Shown one piece after another: positions 51,640 to 64,000 of a DNA stretch of 64,000 nucleotides. The stretch's first letter is position 1. Each line of letters starts with the position of its first letter. The notes under the pieces are model-generated. The model was not told the origin of the DNA and ran no database searches. It saw only the letters and a list, made by a program, of their open reading frames with translations. The translations under genes and the position numbers were made by a program. Source of the stretch: Pecten maximus (Eukaryota); the NCBI RefSeq assembly GCF_902652985.1, contig NC_047017.1, forward strand, positions 7,378,001 through 7,442,000. The letters run 5' to 3'.

Positions 51640-54334
51640 TATTATAAATCTGTATTACACATGTCTAAAAATACACCATACCTGTACAGGTATAATCGAG
51701 ATTACTGAACAATCCCCAAACAGTCATGTACTATATATAATGTACATAAATCTGCAGGTCTGTGCCATTTCATCAGTACAAAACATGCTTAAATGATATA
51801 TTGATAAATATGTGAACACGGTCAACATTGAAAATTTTACAAATGTTTAACTTGTTACATAGTTACAATCATTCGTACTGACAGAGAGTTTCCGTATTTT
51901 GTATTTTTCATCAACATTAAAATTGTACAGCAGTTAATGATTTAATAATTAAGAATTTATCTGAAGTCATGTTTCGAGCATGGCTTTTTTTTTTATCAAA
52001 ACTGTTTTTGAAGAGTTCCTTATTTTGAAATAGATATTAAAATTTACCTGGGAAATATTTTCAATCAAAAACATTTCATTTAAATACCTATAAACTATTC
52101 ATAATGTTGACAGATTTTCTGCACATCCTGCCTGCCTATTCCATACCATACCTCCATATATACATCCATGATATATAAATCCTGTATACCGTATATGTAT
52201 AATGTTGTATATTAAACAATTTATCAACAAACATAATAAAATCTGTTTCTTTTCCTGACAAGAAAATCTTGAACACAAATATAGTAGATGCTCTGTTATC
52301 ATAACAACAAAATGTAAAATTATAATTATAATAAATTAATTTTTGGTCACAACACATGTCCTTGATCAAATTTCAATATGGCACAAATATCACATGATAT
52401 TCTGACCATGACATAACTCACAAAAAAATAACATCCCGGAATATTTTATCTACACAACTAACTTAATCACTTACGTCAAGAGCATCAAAAAACGAACTGA
52501 TCTGTCCTCAAATCTCCCTTACATGTATGCTATCGGCTCAGCCTTTCAGCAGTAATAACAAATCCTCAACTTAAAATTCAAAGAGAAAAAGACATCAATC
52601 TCACTGTATTTTGTATTAAGGAGTGTTTTGAATCTCCATATAAGTGTATATGTAGAACTTACGCTAGGGATTTCATTTTTTCCTATACATCTTCACATAG
52701 TGCAGATTTTTTTTTGTGCAATTGTAATTCAATGTCTGGATTTGGCGAATAATTCATATATCATACTTTTCATACATATGTATAATGAAAGTTTAACATT
52801 TAATGTTAAATAAATGCTAAATGTACAATTAATTCGTCTCTTAAAACTGTGACTTATTCACTAAGTATAAATGTGCTTGATAACAAAGACTTCAAATCAC
52901 AATGAAAAACCATTAACCAGGGCTTTCTCACTTTTAAACCAAATTCAGGTACTAAACAAAAAACTCTTATTGTCTTGCAGTTTACAATTTCATCTGCCCA
53001 GTTATTGAGAAGTCAATGCATACATTTAATAAAAAAAAAATGTCATTTTTTACACTGACGAATTTGGCAGGTGTAATATGTATTTTTCAGTCCATCACTT
53101 ACAACTCCAACACATCTACTGTATTATATCATTTCAGTTTCGTACATTTGGTCTCAGAAAATACAACAACATTCTTTCAGGACATTCACCAAAACGAATT
53201 TTGTAAAATAAACTTCTACATAACTATTTGTGTACTAGAAGAGTTTTCTACATCAGCAAGATATCTACACCTATATTTACTATAAAAAAGAAACTAAAAC
53301 AAAAAGAGTTGGTCAACAATTTCATTTTTATCTTTTTAATTCGAGTTTGATTTCAAAAATATGTTAAATTAACGTATCTCCTTTTTTTCACTAGTTTAAT
53401 TTCACAAATTTTACAAATTATCTATGTATTGGTAAAATAACCAGTTCAGGAATTTAATTACACTTACCAAAAAACTATTTGTGACATTAAATTTTTTTTT
53501 TGTATTTTAACAATTCTTTATACTATTTTCAGAACATTTTAGCAGAATGTTCTGTCAGTAGAAAGACGAAAGTGCTTGTTTTAAAAACCTAAGTCTAAAG
53601 ATCATCTTTCTTAATTTCAAATAAGATTTCTAAGCTTTTCGAATGCTATCCTGTTTATGATTTAATATGAACAATGGCAAAAAAATACGGCTTGTTTTTT
53701 TTTGTTTTTTTTTTAACAAGGAATATTGAAAATAAAGTACATGTGTATGTCTTAAAAGTATTTTTTGAAAAATGTATGGAAATATCAACACCTTTATATT
53801 AATATCTAGGAGTGTTGATTTTCAATTACCTGAATACATATTCAATTATCGAAGAAAATATAAAAAATATTATCGAAGAAAATATAAAAAATAAAGAGTT
53901 TTTTATATTCTTAGTAACATTGTTTTGAGGTCCTGTCTGCTTGTCTGTAAAATAATTTAAACTATATATCAAATTTTGTTGATTATTCTTTTGCCGCCAT
54001 ATAAACACACAGAGTATTCTTATATCTTAATCTCTGAGGTCTAGTTCTAGTTCTAGACGACGGATACAAGCTGCTGTCACACACATATGGAAACTCTCTC
54101 TACCAGGGTGTAACAGGCCTTGGAAGCTAGTCCAGAACTGATAAAGGTTTCACATCAACAACTCATCGTACAGTACTTACACTGGTCAACATGGCCGCAA
54201 ATACAAAATTGAACAAATGCCGATAGTAGTCATTAAAGATGTGATCAAGAACAGAAGTTATGGAGACTGTTGTCATCGACGCTGTGATTGTAGATACTCG
54301 GAACAGTGGTGATCTGTTGTAATCATCCATGTTG

Positions 54335-55981
54335 TCAAATATACATGGTACCGTGGTGACTATTGCCATCACCGATGTCCAGCTCAAACTCTTCGTGAAC
54401 ACGTACCTGTCCCATGGAGGATGTCGCCATAGCAATGTCAGGCATAATGTCACTTAAGGCACTGTCACTACATGGACTGGTGTTGGTCTGGAGAAAAAAA
54501 ATGTCTTTTTAATGTGAGGACAATTTATTCAAGCAGAGCATAATGTTTCTATATTTTGTTTGATTGGTAAAGGTCCCAGTCTGTCAATTGTGGTTTCAGC
54601 ATGTTTTTAGATTTATATTATGAACTGATTAATAAAATTGTAAATCTGAAATGGATTCATAATGTAACCAAGTCACAATTAATAACCAACATTATCATTT
54701 CATTGTTGCAGTGAACCTGGTAAGATTTCAATGTATCCTGTACAAGCATATATGTAATTTAATAAGTTGCACAGAAAATAGACATCTTCATTAATATTAT
54801 ACCATATTTTTCTGGCCGTACGCCTTACCTCCTTTGACCTGCTGGGCTGTATGCGAGTGGGAGTGACCGGCACCACAGGTTTAGTGGGACTCCCTAGCTT
54901 ACTACTGTGTCGACTGAGCGGTGGACTGGGCTTCTGCCGAACCGGGGACGAGTGATAACGTCGTCCGTGTTTTAGCTGCAGAGATGCTGGCAGTGACTCA
55001 TTGTTTGAGTAATAAATTTGACTGTTCTGTAGTATTTCTATAGTGATGTCAGGCATACCAAACTCTCGTACTGTCCGGAGTTGGAGTTGACAATTTATGG
55101 CGCGTCTGTCACTGAACGGCAGACTGTACGCACGCTGACACAACTTGCTGCTCTGGAGCTCTGCTTCCCGTTGCAGCATCAGCTTCAGTGTGTTAGAGTC
55201 TGGAACTGTACGAAAAAAATATTCAAAACTAATGTACAATCAAAAATGTACAATTAATGAAATGATTTACACTTGTTATTTAAAATGCTATTTACAGAAC
55301 AAATAAGTAGCCAAAATTACAGAGCTCTATTCCCTTTTAATAAAGCTGTTAAGCCTATATGTCAACTATGTTAATTCATTCATCACCACATGTTTTAATC
55401 CTCACCTGTATAATCCTGACAGTATCTAAGAGAATCAATCAAAGTGTGATTTGCCCTTTTAGAAAAAATTACTTTCAAAACACTGTCCCCAGTAGTCAAA
55501 GGGAGATAACTCCATTCAAAAGTTGAAAGAAATCTATAGACAATGCAACAAAATTCCTCTTGAAATTTTCTTCCTAATCAATCTCAATTCATCCTCCTCA
55601 TTTGATGATTTTTCAAAGTTTTGCAGTTTGAGAAAGTAAGGATACCTTGCAGAAATTATGGAACTTTTTCTATAATTATGTATTTTTCAAAGTACAAATT
55701 TTTCAAGACTTCATGTTTTTTTCAAAATAACTCAAAACAGAAGTCTTTGGAAACAACACTTTGCCTTTTTTTCGTACGACTTATAGTATTCTTATACCTG
55801 GAATGGTGCCGGCGATAATGTCCACAGTCGAACTACTAGTTAAACCCTGGAGTCCGGGAGTCTGAGGATACTGTGCCTCGTCTACCATGTACAGTGTGTC
55901 AGGAATGGCAGACATCTGGATGGTTCGTACTCGTCCAGCATCTGAATCCTGGCCTTGTGACAGAAACTCATCCCGCATGGA
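54335..55981 (-). CDS. BTBD7: Duplicated last three coding exons of BTBD7 (orphan or alternative terminal exons)
   Basis: Exons 55798-55981, 54829-55205 and 54335-54487, with intact splice sites. The translation matches the upstream copy; the differences noticed are two synonymous Val codons at ~54871-54874. Confidence 0.65.
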
Positions 55982-56238
55982 CTTTTGGACAAAATTTGAA
56001 AAAAAATTATTTTCATCTATTCATAAGATGTGACCAAATCAATTTTTTTAAAGTATGCCCAATATGCATTGCTTGAAACAGCCGAAGAATTATTTGAGTT
56101 ATTTGTAATTGACAGTACCGTACTATAAGTACAGAAGACCAGACAACATCTGTAGGGAGATCTTCCACATTTTTAATGGTTTACATGTTTTGGAAAAACT
56201 TGGTATGCCTCAGATTGGGTACTGTACAATGTACCCAA

Positions 56239-56400
56239 TCTTCTGAACTTAAGTCTGAGCAAGTGAAAACACATAAAATATCTTCTGAACTTAAGTCTGA
56301 GCAAGTGAAAACACATAAAATATCTTCTGAACTTAAGTCTGAGCAAGTGAAAACACATAAAATATCTTCCGAACGTAAGTCTGAGCAAGTGGAAACATAA
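56239..56400. repeat. 42-bp intronic minisatellite (4 units; ~3 units at 62683-62794)
   Basis: Unit tcttctgaacttaagtctgagcaagtgaaaacacataaaata. Confidence 0.9.
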
Positions 56401-56648
56401 ATCAAAGTACTGGAAGTACTGTAAACGAACATTATTGTTTAATGCAAAATCAGTAATCTTCTAAGTTTAAAGTCGATAAATTTACTGATATTGGTTTAGG
56501 AATTACCATATCGATCTTCAAATAAGCCCCCCTCCCCAGCATAAAAGTTAAGTACCATATCAATCCTAAAAAAATCCTCCTCCCCTAGTGTATCTGTGAA
56601 CCACTTAAGATTACTATAATGTTAAAAGTGACATTTTTGCAAGAATGA

Positions 56649-57286
56649 ACAAGTGCAATCAATGATTGCGAAAGCTCACCGGTGGCAGCAATCACAATAT
56701 GCTTTCATTTTTTATGTATGTATAAGCATGTCATTTTGAAATTGTATGTCACATAATATCGCTCCTAGACCTCTAATGGATGTATAAACCAAATAACAAG
56801 GGTGTGGACTTCCAAGCTTTTCAAAACTAACCCCCAAAATCTTTAAAGTGAGTTTTTGTGTCAAAAAAAGTAAGTCCACTAAATAGTAAAATGCCAAACT
56901 GCCAATTTTGTTTCTGTATGATTTGCCACAGCATCACTCCTGGATCTTTAATGAATGTATAAACCAATTAGAAGGGTGATAGGTGTATACTTTTTGACTT
57001 ACCCCCAAAACTTTGAAGTGAGTTTTGGTGCAAAAAAAGTTAAGTCCACTAAATGGTAAAATGCGAAAAAATCACAATTTTTTTCTGCATAATTTTGCCA
57101 TAACATCACTCCTAGACCTCTAATGAATGCATAAACCAACTTCGAAGGGCCTGAGGTGTATACTTTTGGACTTACAAGCTTTCCAAAAACTTACTCCATA
57201 AAACTTTAAAGTTTTGGGGTGGGACGCCGACGCGGACGCCGGGGTGACAGCATTAGCTCTCGGTCACTCGTAACCGGTGAGCTAAA
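56649..57286. mobile_element. Non-autonomous Helentron-like element with internal ~175-bp tandem repeats
   Basis: Absent from the duplicate site (~51590). Ends AACAAG...GAGCTAAAA. Subterminal inverted repeat agctcaccggt (56673) / accggtgagct (57273). GACGCC microsatellite. Repeat units start at ~56760, 56935 and 57107. Confidence 0.75.
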
Positions 57287-59677
57287 AAGTGATGGCTTAT
57301 TTGTTGGCCGAGCCTTATTTGCAGATAAATACAGTACTTACACATCTGTATTACACACGTCTAAAAATACACCATACCTGTACAGGTATAATCAAGATTA
57401 CTGAACAATCCCCAAACAGTCATGTACTATATAATGTACATAAATCTGCAGGTCTGTGCCATTTCATCAGTACAAAACATGCTTAAATGATATATTGATA
57501 AATATGTGAACACGGTCAACATTGAAAATTTTACAAATGTTTAACTTGTTACATAGTTACAATCATTCGTACTGACAGAGAGTTTCCGTATTTTGTATTT
57601 TTCATCAAAATAAAAATTTAAAGCAGTTAATGATTTAATAATTAAGAATTTATCTCAAGTCATGTTTCGAGCATGGCTTTTTTTTATCAAAACTGTTTTT
57701 GAAGAGTTCCTTATTTTGAAATAGATATTTTCAATCAAAAACATTTCATTTAAATACCTATAAACTATTCATAATGTTGACAGATTTTCTGCACATCCTG
57801 CCTGCCTATTCCATACCATACCTCCATATATACATCCATGATATATAAATCCTGTATACCGTATATGTATAATGTTGTATATTAAACAATTTTTCAACAA
57901 ACATAATAAAATCTGTTTCTTTTCCTGACAAGAAAATCTTGAACACAAATATAGTAGATGCTCTGTTATCATAACAACAAAATGTAAAATTATAATTATA
58001 ATAAATTAATTTTTGGTCACAACACATGTCCTTGATCAAATTTCAATATGGCACAAATATCACATGATATTCTGACCATGACATAACTCACAAAAAAATA
58101 ACATCCCGGAATATTTTATCTACACAACTAACTTAATCACTTACGTCAAGAGCATCAAAAAACAAACTAATCTGTCCTCAAATCTCCCTTATGCTATCGA
58201 CTCAGCCTTTCATCAGTAACAACAAATCCTTCAACTTAAAATTCAAAGAGAAAAAGACATCAATCTCACCGTATTTTGTATTAAGGAGTGTTTTGAATCT
58301 CCATATAAGTGTATATGTAGGACATGCGTTAGGGATTTCATTTTTTCCTATACATCTTCACATGGTGCAGATTTTTTTTGTGCAATTGTAATTCCATGTC
58401 TAGATTTGGCGAATAATTCATATATCATACTTTTCATACATATGTATAATGCAAGTATAACATTTAATGTTAAAATGCTAAATGTACAATTAATTTGTCT
58501 CTTAAAACTGTGACTTATTCACTAAGTATAAATGTGCTTGATAACAAAGACTTCAAATCACAATGAAAAACTATTAGTCAGGGCTTTCTCACTTTTAAAC
58601 CAAATTCTGGTACTAAATAAAAATCTCTATTTGTCTTGCAGTTCACCATTTCTTCTGCCCAGTTATTGAGAAGTCAAATGTATACATTTAAAAAAAATAA
58701 TGGAATTTTTTACACTGACAAATTTGGCATTTTTCAGTCCATCACTTACAACTCCTACACATCTACTGTATAGTATCATTTCAGTTTCATTCATTTTGTC
58801 TTATTCTTTCAGGACATTCACCAAAATTAATTTTGTAAAATAAACTCCTACATAACTATTTGTGTACTAGAACACTGAGTTTTTCTATATCAACAGGATA
58901 TCTACACCTATAGTTACTCTAAAATAGAAACTAAGAAAAAAAAGTGTTGGTCAACAATTTTTTATCTTCAAGTTTGATTTGATTTAATGGACAGGCTCTA
59001 TAAAAGTATTTCCTTCCTAAATAGCCTGAATATTATTTGATGATTTTTTATTGACAAGTCAAAAATATGTTAAAATTTACATATCTCCTTTTTCACAAGT
59101 TTAATTTCACAAATTTTACAAATTATCCATGTATTGGTTAAATGACTAATTCAGAAATTAAAGTACACTTGCTCAAAAACTCTTCAATACATTAAAAAAA
59201 AATTGTATTTAAGCAATTCTTTATACTATTTTCAGAACATAATAATAATTGAGTGCCTATATATTTTAGCAGAATGTTCTGTCAGTAGAAAGACAAAAAT
59301 GCTTGTTTAAAAACCTAAGTCTAAAGATCATCTTTCTTAATTTCAAATAAGACTTCCAAGCTTTTCAAATGCTATCTTGAATATGATTTAATATGAAGAA
59401 TGGCAAAAAATATTATGGCTTGGTTTTTTTGGGTTTTTTTGTTTTGTTTTTTTTGTTTTTCAAAAAGGAATATTGAAAATAAAGTACATGTGTATTTTTT
59501 TTTAAAAACTTAATGGAAATATTGATACCTTTCTATTAATATCTGGGAGAGTTGACTTTCAATTACCTGAATATAGATTCAATTATCAAAGAAAATGTTA
59601 AAAATAAAGAGTTTTTGTTATTCTTTGTAACATTGCTTTGAGTTCCTGTCTGCTTGTCTGTAAAATAATTTAAACTA

Positions 59678-60407
59678 CCGTATTTGACCTAATAAGGGCG
59701 CAGGGCGCGGGTAATTGACAGTGGGGGCGCCCTTATTAAGATGATTAGTTATTCTGAAGTTATATGAAATAGACTATACCTTATAGCAGAATACCCAAGG
59801 TTGTGGAAACGGTAAAATATTCAGTCATAAAAATATTCCAGATGAAGATATCTATTCATTATCATATATTAAGCTTAAACATCACTTGAATACTCCTGTA
59901 AACTTGTAAACCATGCCAGCTGATCTTTAGACCAGAGAACGTGTGTTCCACCATTTATGTTCAAATGGAACTCTTTTGTGTTCTATTTATAGAAACAGGT
60001 GATTTCCCAGATCATATCAGACATCGTTTTCTTTGACCTAATAATTGATTTACAATGTCTTTTACTAGCTTTCTGTTCTGAACAAAAGTTATTTATCAAC
60101 AAGAATAAAGTATTTACTTTATCTTCAAATAAAGATGGTAAGTTATTATTTGTATGTGTGTTTAGTTTTGGGTGCTCTTTGCACTGACATGTCATCCGTA
60201 GCCTGTAGGAATACACAAAATGTGGCGAAAACATGTGTTCCAGTTACTTAATTTGCTGAAGAAAATTGAACACATAAAGTAGCAAAATATTTCACATGAA
60301 TTATTACTTTTGAACACCTTTTTGACACTCAGTCAAAGATTTATTTCCTTGAAAAAAAGGTAGGGGCGCCCTTATTAGGGCAGGCGCCCTTATTAGGTCA
60401 AATACGG
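59678..60407. mobile_element. 730-bp Tc1/mariner-superfamily (Tc2/pogo-like) MITE
   Basis: Perfect 24-bp TIRs CCGTATTTGACCTAATAAGGGCGC. The TA target duplication is confirmed by the empty site at 53963-53964 in the other duplicate copy. Confidence 0.92.
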
Positions 60408-60776
60408 TATATATCAAATTGTGTTGATTATTCTTTTGCCGCCATATAAACACACAGAGTATTCTTCTATGTTAATCTCTGAGGTCTAGTTCTAGACGAC
60501 GGATAGAAGCTGCTGTCACACACATATGGAAACTCTCTCTACCTGGGTGTAACAGGCCATGGAAGCTAGTCCAGAACTGATAAAGGTTTCACATCAACAA
60601 CTCATCGTACAGTACTTACACTGGTCAACATGGCCGCAAATACAAAATTGAACAAATGCTGATAGTAGTCATTAAAGATGTGATCAAGAACAGAAGAAGC
60701 TATGGAGACTGTTGTCATTGACGCTGTGATTGTAGATACTCGGAACAGTGGTGATCTGTTGTAATCATCCATGTTG

Positions 60777-63463
60777 TCAAATATACATGGTACCGTGGTG
60801 ACTATTGCCATCACCGATGTCCAGCTCAAACTCTTCGTGAACACGTACCTGTCCCATGGAGGATGTCGCCATAGCAATGTCAGGCATAATGTCACTTAAG
60901 GCACTGTCACTACATGGACTGGTGTTGGTCTGGAGAAAAAAATGTCTTTTTAATGTGAGGACATTTTATTCAAGCAGAGCATAATTTTTCTATATTTTGT
61001 TTGATTGGTAAAGGTCCCAGTCTGTCAATTGTGGTTTCAGCATGTTTTTAGATTTATATTATGAACTGATTAATAAAATTGTAAATCTGAAATGGATTCA
61101 TAATGTAACCAAGTCACAATTAATTGCCAACATTAACATTTCATTGTTGCAGTGAACCATGTAAGACTTCAATATATCATGTACAAGCATATAATGTAAT
61201 TTAATAAGTTGCACAGAAAATAGACCCATCTTTATTAATATTATACGGTATTTTTCTGGCCGTACGCCTTACCTCCTTTGACCTGCTGGGCTGTATGCGA
61301 GTGGGAGTGACCGGAACAACAGGTTTAGTGGGACTCCCTAGCTTACTACTGTGTCGACTGAGCGGTGGACTGGGCTTCTGCCGAACCGGGGACGAGTGAT
61401 AACGTCGTCCGTGTTTTAGCTGCAGAGATGCTGGCAGTGACTCATTGTTTGAGTAATAAATTTGACTGTTCTGTAGTATTTCTATAGTGATGTCAGGCAT
61501 ACCAAACTCTCGTACTGTCCGGAGTTGGAGTTGACAATTTATGGCGCGTCTGTCACTGAACGGCAGACTGTACGCACGCTGACACAACTTGCTGCTCTGG
61601 AGCTCTGCTTCCCGTTGCAGCATCAGCTTCAGTGTGTTAGAGTCTGGAACTGTACGAAAAAAATATTCAAAACTAATGTACAATCAAAAATGTACAATTA
61701 ATGAAATGATTTACACTTGTTATTTAAAATGCTATTTACAGAACAAATAAGTAGCCAAAATTACAGAGCTCTATTCCCTTTTAATAAAGCTGTTAAGCCT
61801 ATATGTCAACTATGTTAATTCATTCATCACCACATGTTTTAATCCTCACCTGTATAATCCTGACAGTATCTAAGAGAATCAATCAAAGTGTGATTTGCCC
61901 TTTTAGAAAAAATTACTTTCAAAACACTGTCCCCAGTAGTCAAAGGGAGATAACTCCATTCAAAAGTTGAAAGAAATCTATAGACAATGCAACAAAATTC
62001 CTCTTGAAATTTTCTTCCTAATCAATCTCAATTCATCCTCCTCATTTGATGATTTTTCAAAGTTTTGCAGTTTGAGAAAGTAAGGATACCTTGCAGAAAT
62101 TATGGAACTTTTTCTATAATTATGTATTTTTCAAAGTACAAATTTTTCAAGACTTCATGTTTTTTTCAAAATAACTCAAAACAGAAGTCTTTGGAAACAA
62201 CACTTTGCCTTTTTTTCGTACGACTTATAGTATTCTTATACCTGGAATGGTGCCGGCGATAATGTCCACAGTCGAACTACTAGTTAAACCCTGGAGTCCG
62301 GGAGTCTGAGGATACTGTGCCTCGTCTACCATGTACAGTGTGTCAGGAATGGCAGACATCTGGATGGTTCGTACTCGTCCAGCATCTGAATCCTGGCCTT
62401 GTGACAGAAACTCATCCCGCATGGACTTTTGGACAAAATTTGAAAAAAAATTATTTTCATCTATTCATAAGATGTGACCAAATCAATTTTTTTAAAGTAT
62501 GCCCAATATGCATTGCTTGAAACAGCCGAAGAATTATTTGAGTTATTGGTAATTGACAGTACCGTACTATAAGTACAGAAGACCAGACAACATCTGTAGG
62601 GAGATCTTCCACATTTTTAATGGTTTACATGTTTTGGAAAAACTTGGTATGCCTCAGATTGGGTACTGTACAATGTACTCAATCTTCTGAACTTAAGTCT
62701 GAGCAAGTGAAAACACATAAAATATCTTCTGAACGTAAGTCTGAGCAAGTGGAAACATAAAAAATATGTTCTGAACTTAAGTCTTAGCAAGTGAATACAG
62801 AGTCTGACAGATCCTTTCTGAGAATATGAGGTAGATTTAGTTTTAGTACAGGCAAATTCAGTGGCAGACAACTTCAATCTCTGGTGTAAATTTATTTTAA
62901 TTAGAGCCAGAATGAATTGATTATTAACTTAAATCTCAGGTGTAAATTTACTTTAATTAAAGCCAGAATAATTTGATTATTACCTTCAATCTCAGGTGTA
63001 AATTTATTTTAATTAGAGCCAGAATTAATTGATTATTAACTTCAATCTCGGGTGTATATTTATTTTAATTAGAGCCAGAATTGAATTGATTATTACCTTC
63101 AATCTCAGGTGTATATTTATCTAAATTAGAGCCTGGATGAATGGATTATTACCTTAGCTTCCTCAAAGTAGGGTGTGAAGATACGTGGCCTCATATACAT
63201 TCCATTATGTTTACTTCTGATCCAGGCACACACCCTCTGTCCTCCGGTCGCTTCGTCGCCCAACATGTGTGAGGGGGGCGTGCTCACCAGACCACGCTTT
63301 ATTGCACTGTTTAGTAATTCACTATTATAGGGAATGATATGATCCACACGAATCAGGGGAAGTAACTCCGCTAAGATGTCCCTCAGTTCTATGTCATTTA
63401 AGTCGCGTTTCTTTACACCTTTCTTACTTATGCTGTGTGTCGTGTGGCTCAGTAAGTTGGGTT
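60777..63463 (-). CDS. BTBD7: BTB/POZ domain-containing protein 7, last four coding exons (5' part beyond the right edge)
   Basis: Exons 63153-63463 (EPNLLSHTTHSISKKGVKKRDL...STPPSHML...RPRIFTPYFEEAK), 62242-62425 (..MSAIPDTLYMV..), 61273-61649 (..QRAY..LRTVREFG..LQN), 60777-60929 (..PDIAMAT..ELDIGDG..MYI*). Phases are consistent. Strong resemblance to the BTBD7 C-terminal half as recalled. Confidence 0.9.
62872..63152. repeat. 56-bp intronic minisatellite (~5 units) starting at the BTBD7 splice donor
   Basis: Unit cttcaatctcaggtgtaaatttattttaattagagccagaatgaattgattatta(a/c). Confidence 0.9.
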
Positions 63464-64000
63464 CTGAAAGCAAAAGCAAAATTGTTTATAATTCATACAG
63501 TACAGTCACTCATGATCAATTCAGATGAGCAATTGTAGTCAATATTATTGTGAATCCACAAAATCAACATCAGCGATTAAATATGATAATTTTTCCAGAT
63601 TCTGATTACATATAGGAAACAAAGTCCTCAAATTTTGACAGTTCACTTCTTAACAGTGCATCGTTATGTTGAACATATTAAATACATTTTTTCTATATTT
63701 TACAAACTTCCAGATGCTTGATCATGAGGAAACATTTTCTATTTCAAAACTGGAAAATTTGCAGAGATGAATGGAAATTCCATTTTTAGAGTGATTCAAA
63801 ATCTGTATGATACAGCAGATAACAACATAGTTATATAAAATTTGGAGTAAGTTGACCACGACAAATGTAGGTGTGATATGACATAGCATATCTTATTTTC
63901 ATTGAATGATATTTCAATATTTTCATTTCTTACAAAACTTCATTAAAGCTCACAAAAAAAATCAGCTGAAGTTGATGATACATGATAAAGCTGCCATAAT

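Larger units (their letters stand above)
51455..62760. repeat. Tandem segmental duplication of the BTBD7 3' end (copy 1 ~51455-56400, copy 2 ~56504-62760)
   Basis: Identical ORF pairs in the track, with a constant 6444-bp offset across the coding part. About 100 bp of unrelated filler at 56401-56503. Confidence 0.93.

Noticed and set aside
54163-54453. 96-97-aa ORF MTLCLTLLWRHPP... (also 60602-60895)
   Set aside because: Wrong frame. The BTBD7 terminal exon reads TNTSPCSDS...MYI* in another frame.
56173-56432. Repetitive ORFs (SSELKSEQVKTHKI)n
   Set aside because: 42-bp intronic minisatellite whose copy number differs between the duplicates.

Overview
AT-rich eukaryotic (metazoan) genomic DNA. 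The repeat families suggest a bivalve mollusc, probably scallop-like (inference). All recognisable host genes are on the minus strand. (1) 0-23 kb: a head-to-tail calmodulin cluster. It holds three complete 5-exon genes with the classic 3/31/144/243/~30-bp exon layout: a near-canonical CaM with a GC-AG intron, a very divergent CaM-like gene with a degenerate C-lobe, and a Cys-containing CaM. The ATG-only first exon and promoter of a probable fourth copy lie at the left edge. (2) 24-44 kb: two tandem Kelch beta-propeller genes resembling plant nitrile-specifier proteins. Each has a 2-codon first exon inside a repeated SINE+promoter cassette. There is an orphan third cassette, a multiplied ETS-CRE promoter module, and a decayed Polinton/Maverick between the genes. 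(3) 47-64 kb: the 3' end of BTBD7, whose last three exons and 3' UTR are tandemly duplicated (real or haplotype artefact). The most striking element is a 423-bp miniature LTR retrotransposon at 4183-4605. Its LTRs each carry a tRNA-Thr-derived Pol III promoter, and it has a tRNA-Lys PBS and a PPT (Helenus/Cassandra-type TRIM). Also present: palindromic Crypton-like elements, MITEs, Helentron-like elements, SINEs, LINE relics and minisatellites. All calls are by eye; no searches were run.
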